NCBI GenBank assembly: GCA_964450845.1
Contig: CAYVGZ010000013.1
Span: forward strand, 1-23,268
Reading direction: 5' to 3'
From: an uncultured Candidatus Bathyarchaeia archaeon
GTDB taxonomy: Archaea > Thermoproteota > Bathyarchaeia > Bathyarchaeales > Bathycorpusculaceae
DNA length: 23,268 nt
The first letter of the stretch is position 1. Every line of letters starts with the position of its first letter. The translations under genes and the position numbers were made by a program. A model generated the notes under the pieces. The model searched no databases. It saw nothing but the letters and a program-made list of their open reading frames with translations, and was not told where the DNA came from. This document shows positions 16,635 through 23,268 of the stretch, in pieces.

Positions 16635-17081
16635 TCACAGCTCTTTGGCAAGGTAAAGAGCGATTTTTCCATTTATGTAGCTTCTGTCGTTAAATCCGCA
16701 GATCCTGAAGCCATTCTTGAAATACAGCTGTAAAGCTGGAGTGTTATCAGATGATGTGTCAAACATTAGAACTCTAACTTTGCTTTTCCTTGCAAAATCT
16801 TCCATTGTATTCAGCAAGCTAGTTCCTATGCCTCTGCGACGATGCCCCACATCAACAAGAACCGTTATGATGTAAGCGCTATTGTTCCACTTGTAAAGAT
16901 GTATTCGCGAATAACCAACAATTTTGCCGCCATCCTCCGCCACTAAGAATCTGTACTTCTCGTTAGGGTTGTCTATCTCGAATAAGGAGCGCAAATCCTC
17001 ATTCGTGATCACACCGTTTCTTTTTTCTAAATCTAAGATTTGAGGCAGATCATTCGCAGTGGCCACTCGAATCTTTATCAA
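16635..17081 (-). CDS. GNAT family N-acetyltransferase
   Basis: VDVGHRRRGIGTSLL acetyl-CoA motif A; NTPALQLYFKNGF motif. Confidence 0.9.
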   Translation of the reverse strand: MIKIRVATANDLPQILDLEKRNGVITNEDLRSLFEIDNPNEKYRFLVAEDGGKIVGYSRIHLYKWNNSAYIITVLVDVGHRRRGIGTSLLNTMEDFARKSKVRVLMFDTSSDNTPALQLYFKNGFRICGFNDRSYINGKIALYLAKEL

Positions 17082-17101
17082 AACATTTTCCCCGCGCAGG
17101 A

Positions 17102-18067
17102 TTATTCTAAAACTTCTATCGAGTCGACTTTTCCATCGCCGTCCAAATCAAACCCTTGTATGACCTTTGCAAACGTATCCTCGCCATTATAGCCCTTCAA
17201 GGTTTTCTTCCAAAAGTTTGTCAAGGCTAAAACACAAGACTTAGTGCCCACTGCCTTGTTTCCAGCCAAAACTATAATCCGTTTAGTGTCGTCCCATGGA
17301 TTCACAATTTTAGCTATTAACCCAACAACATCCGCAGTATAAACATTAGAGGTTTTTCTCGAAACTAAACCGCCGAATAAAAAGCCCTGCTCTGAAGGCT
17401 GCATGTTAAACCTTATCGGCAGATACTCGTTCAACTCTTGTGTTAGCAAGTTTGTTCCCGGACCACCCACGAGGATGAGGTTGTTTTTCTCTTCTTTCTC
17501 GGCTTTCACGTCAACATCAAGCTTTATAGCAAATTCCTCCGACATTTTAGCGAGCTGTCCCAAGAAGAATGTTAGATGAGAAGCGTAGTGACCGTCTCTG
17601 GCGCTTGTTTTGAAGGGTCCGTGAGGTGTTGGGCTTCCCACGACTATCTTTCCTTCAAATGTGCCGTCTTTTCCTATGAATTCTTTGAAGAATTTTTGGA
17701 TTTGTTCATTCATGCCTATAAGCGAAAGTCTCTGTATTGTTTTATATTCGTGTGGGAGTTCTATTCCAAACGCTGATGAAACCGCTTTGTAGTATTTTGC
17801 TATTGCTCCTTTTTTCTCCTCTTCTCTGACAACAGTTATAGCTCCTGCCTTTGCCAGCTTCCTTATGTGATAATAGACTTTCTGTTCGTGAATACCCAGT
17901 TTTCTTGCCATTTCTAATGGGTACATTTCCTTTTCAGAAAGCATCGCCAAAATCTTCCAGCTAAGCCTATTCAAAATCATTTTCAGCTTTTGCGGATCTT
18001 CAATTACCGCAATTTCTTTTATCTTTTGTGTCTTGTTTTCTTCGTGTAGCAGCAGTTTTTTGTCCAT
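17102..18067 (-). CDS. ArsR-like winged-HTH protein with a C-terminal domain resembling S-layer_C-type folds
   Basis: SWKILAMLSEKEMYPLEMARKLGIHEQKVYYHIRKL HTH; NLILVGGPGTN and IIVLAG motifs in the C-terminal part. Confidence 0.75.
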   Translation of the reverse strand: MDKKLLLHEENKTQKIKEIAVIEDPQKLKMILNRLSWKILAMLSEKEMYPLEMARKLGIHEQKVYYHIRKLAKAGAITVVREEEKKGAIAKYYKAVSSAFGIELPHEYKTIQRLSLIGMNEQIQKFFKEFIGKDGTFEGKIVVGSPTPHGPFKTSARDGHYASHLTFFLGQLAKMSEEFAIKLDVDVKAEKEEKNNLILVGGPGTNLLTQELNEYLPIRFNMQPSEQGFLFGGLVSRKTSNVYTADVVGLIAKIVNPWDDTKRIIVLAGNKAVGTKSCVLALTNFWKKTLKGYNGEDTFAKVIQGFDLDGDGKVDSIEVLE

Positions 18068-18265
18068 ATCTTTTCACAAACATAAAACCTGATCTGTTAT
18101 TAAAATTTTATTAATAGAGAAAGATGCATTCATGAGAATTTATACAGTATCAAGACTTTAGACTTGAAATAGCCAAAAACATCGAAATAAAGAACCATTG
18201 TAAGAATTTTATTAACGCCATTATGAAAATGGAAAAACTTTTTGCCTAAATTTCAAATTACAACA

Positions 18266-18279
18266 TGAGAATATTCTCA
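18266..18279. promoter_or_regulatory. Perfect 14-bp palindrome TGAGAATATTCTCA in the divergent HTH/glmS intergenic region; candidate operator
   Basis: Seen directly; function inferred only. Confidence 0.3.
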
Positions 18280-18382
18280 AAAATCTTTTAGAAGTGGAAA
18301 TTTTCTCCTAAAAAAGCTTATTACATTCAAAAAAGCATGAATAAGACTTGTAGAAGTCAAAAATGGGCAATGAGGCTTAGAA

Positions 18383-20212
18383 ATGTGTGGTATATTTGGT
18401 TGCATTTTGAAGGATGGAAACGCCGCGCCAGTGATTCATGCGGCTTTGAAAAGGCTTGAATATCGTGGCTACGATTCAGTTGGAGAAGCGACACTATACG
18501 ATGGTAAGCTTTACATAAAGAAGGATCAGGGAAAAATAGACGAAGTTCACAAAATCCACAACCTAGACGATTTACCTGGAAGCCTCGGTATTGGGCATAC
18601 AAGATGGGCTACGCATGGTGCGCCATTGCAGATTAACGCGCATCCACATGTTGATTGCAGCGGGCAAATAGCCATTGTCCATAATGGTATCATAGAAAAC
18701 TTTGCTGAGTTGAAACTGGAGCTGGAGAACCGTGGTCATGTTTTCAAATCCAAAACTGACACAGAGATAATATCCCATCTTATTGAGGAAAATTTGAAGG
18801 CTAATAATTCCTTAAGCCTTGCTGATGCTGTCCTCGAAACAGTGAAGAGACTTGACGGCTCATACGCAATTGCCGTAATCTCGCCAAGGGAACCAGACAA
18901 AATAGTATGCGCCAGACATGAAAGCCCCCTAGTCATAGGAGTAAATGAAGACGCAGTTTATTGCGCATCGGATATTCCAGCATTTCTGCCCCTAACTAAC
19001 AAGGCAGTTATAGTTAACGATGGAGAACTTGTCACAATTTCTCTGGAAGGATTTGAAATCAGGAAAATCGTTGATTCAAGCTCTGTGACGCGGGAGCCGA
19101 AGCTCGTTGATTGGACGCCTGAAATGGCTGTTAAACAGGGTTATCCACATTTTATGCTGAAGGAGATTCATGAGCAACCCGCTTGTCTCCGGAACACGCT
19201 TAGATTGCAAGAGCATTACCTTGACTTGATGGCAACTTTCCCAGATCGTGCGCGTGAAGTCTTCTTAGTGGCTTGTGGGGCATCCTATCATGCGTGTTTG
19301 GCTGCTTCCTACATGTTTTCTAAACTTGCTTTTCTGGGAACTTATCCAGTTATAGCTTCGGAGTTTGTTGAGCAGCATGGCAAATCTGTAAATATTGACA
19401 GCACAATTTTGGCAGTGAGCCAGTCTGGCGAGACAGCAGACACCTTAGCCGCGGTAAACTGTGCCCGACAAAGAGCAGCAACAATACTTGGATTAACCAA
19501 TGCTATCGGCTCAACTTTGACGCGGGTTTCACGGGTTTACATTGGTCAGCAGTCTGGTCCAGAAATAGGAGTGGCAGCAACGAAAACTTTCTCATCCCAG
19601 CTTTCCGTATTAGCTCAATTAGCTCTAAGACTAGCAAAGAAGAGAGGTAAAGTTTCGCAGGATGAGATGGACTTTCTTGCGGAAAGGTTACAGAAAATTC
19701 CAGACATTGTTGAAACAATAATTAAAACACAAGAAGAAAAGGTGAAGCAGATTGCGAAGAAGTACAGGGATGCTAAGACTTTCTTTTTCTTGGGGCGTGG
19801 AATAAGCACAGCCACAGCTTATGAAGGTAGGCTTAAACTTATGGAAATAGCTTATGTACCAGCCATAGCCTTTCCAGCGGGGGAAAGCAAGCATGGGCCT
19901 ATCAGCCTAGTGGAACCCGACTTTCCTGTCGTTTTTATTTGTCCGAAGGATGAGACTCACAAAACAGTGATTGGAAATATTATGGAGATGAAAGCCAGAG
20001 GCGCCGCAATAATTGCGGTTATAGAGGAGGATGATGAGGAAATCAAGAAATTGGCTGACGACTATGTCGAGGTTCCTAAAGATATTCCTGAGGTTCTTTC
20101 GCCTATACCGTTCGTTGTTCCGTTGCAGCTTCTGGCCTATTACATGGCTGTTGAGAGAGGCTACAACCCAGATATGCCTAGGAATCTAGCAAAGTCCGTC
20201 ACCGTAAAATAG
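18383..20212 (+). CDS. glmS: Glutamine--fructose-6-phosphate transaminase (isomerizing)
   Basis: N-terminal MCGIFG; LEYRGYDS, GHTRWATHG, HNGIIEN, SQSGETADT, AATKTF, GESKHGP and PRNLAKSVT motifs. Confidence 0.98.
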   Translation: MCGIFGCILKDGNAAPVIHAALKRLEYRGYDSVGEATLYDGKLYIKKDQGKIDEVHKIHNLDDLPGSLGIGHTRWATHGAPLQINAHPHVDCSGQIAIVHNGIIENFAELKLELENRGHVFKSKTDTEIISHLIEENLKANNSLSLADAVLETVKRLDGSYAIAVISPREPDKIVCARHESPLVIGVNEDAVYCASDIPAFLPLTNKAVIVNDGELVTISLEGFEIRKIVDSSSVTREPKLVDWTPEMAVKQGYPHFMLKEIHEQPACLRNTLRLQEHYLDLMATFPDRAREVFLVACGASYHACLAASYMFSKLAFLGTYPVIASEFVEQHGKSVNIDSTILAVSQSGETADTLAAVNCARQRAATILGLTNAIGSTLTRVSRVYIGQQSGPEIGVAATKTFSSQLSVLAQLALRLAKKRGKVSQDEMDFLAERLQKIPDIVETIIKTQEEKVKQIAKKYRDAKTFFFLGRGISTATAYEGRLKLMEIAYVPAIAFPAGESKHGPISLVEPDFPVVFICPKDETHKTVIGNIMEMKARGAAIIAVIEEDDEEIKKLADDYVEVPKDIPEVLSPIPFVVPLQLLAYYMAVERGYNPDMPRNLAKSVTVK

Positions 20213-20290
20213 CTATTTTATTTCAGCCACTTTTTCAAAAGGCAAATACGTTAAAAGCCTATTCTACAATTATTCATTTGGTGCTTTGAT

Positions 20291-21000
20291 TTGGAGAAAA
20301 ATGATTGGGAAAGGCTCATTGAAAATCTAATAAAGGAAGACATTCTCCGCTCGCCAATGATTATCAAAGCCATGCGCTCTGTGCCGCGAGGAAAGTTTCT
20401 TCCAAAGAACATGCAATCCTATAGTGCCGTAGATACGCCGCTTCCGATTGGTTTGGGGCAGACGGTTTCGGCGCCACATAGCCTAGACAATGTTGCTGGG
20501 CTAGGCGAAACATGGTTTCAATAATGAACGAAGCCCTACAATTAGAAGTCGGTCACAAAGTGTTAGAAATTGGAGCTGGATGCGGCTGGCATGCGGCTAC
20601 AATAGCTGAGATCATTGCTCCTAAAGATACGCCTAGAAGCGGATGGGGGCACATATATACTGTGGAAATTGTTCAAGGGTTGGCTGATTTTGCTAGGAAG
20701 AATATTATGAACGCTGGATATGGCGATCGTGTAACAATAATCTGTACGGACGGTTCTATGGGATATGCTGAAAAGGCTCCTTACGACCGAATTCTTGTAA
20801 CAGCCGCCGCGCCAGATGTTCCCAAGCCTTTGATTGAACAGTTAAAACCCAACGGCATCATGCTGATCCCTGTAGGAAGTGCCCACTTATTCCAAAGTCT
20901 CATAAAAATTACGAAAGGAGTTAACGGAAAAACTAGGGAGGAAAACCTCGGCGGAGTAGCTTTTGTCCCGTTAACTGGACGTTATGGGCACAATTTTTAG
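20291..21000 (+). CDS. pcm: Protein-L-isoaspartate O-methyltransferase, join(20291..20477,20510..21000), 225 aa after removal of a 32-nt BHB intron
   Basis: Exon 1 ends ...DTPLPIGLGQTVSAP and exon 2 gives MVSIMNEALQLEVGHKVLEIGAGCGWHAA...APYDRILVTAAAP...LGGVAFVPL. The ORF track shows it as two ORFs in different frames. Confidence 0.92.
20478..20509 (+). other. Candidate archaeal mRNA intron (32 nt, ATAGCCTAGACAATGTTGCTGGGCTAGGCGAA) with a bulge-helix-bulge motif
   Basis: Central helix CGCC 20472-75 / GGCG 20504-07; 3-nt bulges ACA 20476-78 and AAA 20508-10; 8-bp intron stem TAGCCTAG/CTGGGCTA. Cuts after the 2nd nt of each bulge restore GCG CCA CAC ATG (A-P-H-M). Confidence 0.85.
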
Positions 21001-21002
21001 GT

Positions 21003-22304
21003 CTATTCTATTGAAAGTTTTTCTCTGTAGGCTTGTAGGTCTAAGAAGCCATGTCCGCTTATGTTCATGCATATTACTTTTTCTTCGCCAGCTTTTTCTG
21101 CTTTTAATGCTTCATCTATTCCCGCTCGCACTGCATAGCTGGATTCTGGTGCTATAAGCCATCCTTCAGTTTGCAGAAAAGTTCTTGCGGCTTCAAAGAC
21201 TGCTTTTTCGTTTGCTTGGTAGGCTACGGCTTTTACGATGTTGTGATTCCGAAGAGCGCTAATTAGTGGAGCAGCAGCATGATAGCGCAAGCCGTCAGCC
21301 TTTATTGGCACCATTTCAGTTTTATGCCCAAGCGTATACATTTTGAGCAGAGGTGTATGTTCGGCTACGTCGCCGAAGTCGTAACGGTATTCACCCTTAA
21401 CAAGGTTAGGCGCAGCTTCAGACTGTGCAGCTAAAAACTCGCATTTTCGTTTTTTCTGTAGAACTTCGCCTGCAAAGGGCAGAGCCAGCCCGCCGAAGTT
21501 TGAACCTCCACCTAAACAGCCTATAATCAAGTTTGGAGAGTCTTCAATGAGTTCAAACTGTTTTATGGTTTCTAAACCTATGATTGACTGGTGTATGAGA
21601 ACGTGGTTAAGAACAGAACCTAGGCAGTAGACGCTTCCATCATGGGTCTCGGTATACTCCAAACCTTCTGAAACTGCTATGCCCAAAGATCCTTCATGAT
21701 TCAAATTTTTGGCTAGAAGTGTTTGTCCAATGTTTGTTTCTTTGCTTGGGGAAGCATAGACTTCTGCTCCCATAAGTTTCATCAATGTGCGCCGATCCAT
21801 CTTCCAGTTATATACAGCTCGCACCCAAAAAACCACGCAGTCGAGTCCCATAACTGTGGCTGCATACGAAAGAGCACTGCCCCATTGACCTGCCCCAGTC
21901 TCGGTTACTAAAGTTGTTTTTCCTTCCTTGGCAGCATAGTAAGCTTGAGCCAATGCAGTATTGACTTTATGCGAACCCGTAGGCGACAAGTCTTCACGTT
22001 TATAGTACAACCTTACTTTTTTTAATCCTAAGTGCTTCTCTAGTCTTCTTGCTCTGTAGAGAGGGCGAGGACGCCCAGCTTGAATATATAACTCTCTTAT
22101 TTCATCTGGAATTGGAATCCATCGCTCAGTTGCCATTTCTTGTTTTAAGCATTCATGTGTCATTGTTTTTCCAAGAAATTCTAGGCGTGAGGGACCTGTT
22201 TCGGGTTCTTTTGGAGGCGGCAATGGTTCAAGTAAATCGGGTGCGATGTTATACCATTTAGTTGGTAGCTCGTCTACTGGTAACGCTATTTGATTCTTCT
22301 CCAT
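21003..22304 (-). CDS. trpB2: TrpB-like PLP-dependent enzyme (TrpB2 family), stand-alone; ATG 22304
   Basis: LPTKWYNI, RPRPLYRARRLE, YKREDLSPTGSHKVN (PLP Lys), TETGAGQWG, GGGSNFGG and GLRYH motifs; AAAGGTGA SD. Confidence 0.93.
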   Translation of the reverse strand: MEKNQIALPVDELPTKWYNIAPDLLEPLPPPKEPETGPSRLEFLGKTMTHECLKQEMATERWIPIPDEIRELYIQAGRPRPLYRARRLEKHLGLKKVRLYYKREDLSPTGSHKVNTALAQAYYAAKEGKTTLVTETGAGQWGSALSYAATVMGLDCVVFWVRAVYNWKMDRRTLMKLMGAEVYASPSKETNIGQTLLAKNLNHEGSLGIAVSEGLEYTETHDGSVYCLGSVLNHVLIHQSIIGLETIKQFELIEDSPNLIIGCLGGGSNFGGLALPFAGEVLQKKRKCEFLAAQSEAAPNLVKGEYRYDFGDVAEHTPLLKMYTLGHKTEMVPIKADGLRYHAAAPLISALRNHNIVKAVAYQANEKAVFEAARTFLQTEGWLIAPESSYAVRAGIDEALKAEKAGEEKVICMNISGHGFLDLQAYREKLSIE

Positions 22305-22393
22305 GATTTTCACCTTTCTGAAAGACTTTTCTTATTGACAAGATTTCAAGTTAAAGATTTCTATTTGAACTGTGTTATTATGCCGTGCTAGTC

Positions 22394-23268
22394 TCATCCA
22401 AACCATTTTTCTAGCGTAGTTTTTCCTTTCTGTTTGGTTATGCCTTTCTGCATTTTCTCTATTGCTTTTCTCACGCGGTCTTCTGAGAAGTCTCTTTCTC
22501 TGCAGATGAAGTTTACCACATCTTCGATGTCTGGTTCCTTCGACTCTATCTTATAGTTGTCTGTTACTGTCGGTTTCAGGAATATCTCCCTAATTCTTTG
22601 GTGTTCAACCGGAAACTCTGCATTTTTCAGGTGTGGCAGAGCATTGTCTATGGTTCCATGCTCCTTTATCAGTTTTAAGGCTGTTTTCGGTCCTAAACCC
22701 TTTATTCCGTCTGGATTGAAGTCTGTTCCAATCAATATACCCACATCCACTAACTGTTCATATGTTATTCCGCATTCTCTCAGAACATTCTGAAGCTCAA
22801 CAATTTCCGGCACCACCTCGATGAAAATGTTCTTGCTGGGAAGTTTCCGTCGTCCTGAAATTGTCACATTTCTTACAAGTCTTGGTGCGCCAAAAAGCAA
22901 GCTGTCATAGTCTTGGCTTGCGCAGTAATCTGCATCGCCACGTTTTGCTAGGTGGGCTGCTTGGGCTTCCCCTTCGCTGGGTGCCTGAACCCATGGAATG
23001 CCCATCAAATCCAGAAGTTTTTTACTATCCTCTGCCATGTAATCCTTCAAACGTGATGTGGCCTGCGCGTACACGCGGGCTTCTTCGATTTTGCCCTCTT
23101 TCAAAGCGCGTTCATACCTTACTAGGGCTTCTTCTTTTGCTTTCACGCGCCTCTTTATTTCAACCTCCTTAAGCGCGGGTGGTGTTCCATCGAAGACATA
23201 GATTGGTTTTATGCCCATTTCCACAAGGTTGCTTGTTCTGTAAAGGAGACCGCTTAAATGGCTTGTAA
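22394..23268 (-). CDS. fen: Flap endonuclease 1, 5'-truncated by the window edge
   Basis: TSHLSGLLYRTSNLVEMGIKPIYVFDG, APSEGEAQAA, SQDYDSLLFG, GTDFNPDGIKGLGPK and C-terminal PIP-box-like TTLEKWFG. Confidence 0.97.
   Translation of the reverse strand, partial: TSHLSGLLYRTSNLVEMGIKPIYVFDGTPPALKEVEIKRRVKAKEEALVRYERALKEGKIEEARVYAQATSRLKDYMAEDSKKLLDLMGIPWVQAPSEGEAQAAHLAKRGDADYCASQDYDSLLFGAPRLVRNVTISGRRKLPSKNIFIEVVPEIVELQNVLRECGITYEQLVDVGILIGTDFNPDGIKGLGPKTALKLIKEHGTIDNALPHLKNAEFPVEHQRIREIFLKPTVTDNYKIESKEPDIEDVVNFICRERDFSEDRVRKAIEKMQKGITKQKGKTTLEKWFG

Noticed and set aside
18068-18382. glmS ribozyme upstream of glmS
   Set aside because: The region is very AT-rich with no recognisable ribozyme core or paired elements, and the ribozyme is known from bacteria.
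20291-21000. pcm as a simple frameshifted pseudogene, a programmed frameshift, or two separate genes
   Set aside because: Both halves are otherwise intact. Reading through by frameshift would leave about 11 foreign residues inside the SAPHM motif, whereas BHB-guided excision restores it exactly.
21003-22304. Stand-alone TrpB2 outside a trp operon as a novelty
   Set aside because: This is the usual arrangement for TrpB2 family genes.
990-23172. Numerous ORF-track ORFs overlapping real genes on the opposite strand or in another frame (e.g. 990-1229, 3175-3600, 4173-4535, 7690-8121, 10875-11309, 16298-16627, 22861-23172)
   Set aside because: They are shadow ORFs of well-supported genes, with no family motifs.
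1-23268. tRNA, rRNA, CRISPR array, transposase or prophage genes
   Set aside because: None was recognisable; almost all sequence is accounted for by CDSs and short intergenic gaps.

Overview
Gene-dense archaeal chromosomal window of mostly housekeeping genes, most consistent with Bathyarchaeia or a related TACK lineage. This is inferred from eS26, Rpo6, an Arcadin-1-like protein, split GMP synthase subunit B, TrpB2, Trm5, FEN1 and frequent TTG starts. Gene order: 3' end of a probable thermosome subunit, rpoK (absent from the ORF track), Mut7-C, pyrC, three CBS genes, rps26e, CDP-alcohol phosphatidyltransferase, YunC, UDG, DUF72, SAM methyltransferase, HTH regulator, pyrF, RHH, hypothetical, GMP synthase B, Arcadin-1-like, hypothetical, acylphosphatase, hypothetical, rtcA, trm5, DUF371, GNAT, HTH regulator, glmS, pcm, trpB2, fen1 (partial). 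The main discovery is in pcm (protein-L-isoaspartate O-methyltransferase), which looks frameshifted. It is interrupted by a 32-nt element (20478-20509) that folds into a canonical bulge-helix-bulge (BHB) splicing-endonuclease substrate. Cutting at the standard BHB positions restores both the frame and the conserved SAPHM motif, so this is a candidate mRNA intron in a gene other than cbf5. Secondary signals are an rpoK with no canonical start codon (ACG), a 22-bp intergenic motif present twice, an Arcadin-1 homologue outside an arcade cluster, and a GMP synthase B with an apparently duplicated dimerisation domain. No tRNA, rRNA, CRISPR array or transposase was seen. All family assignments come from motif recognition by eye, not database searches.
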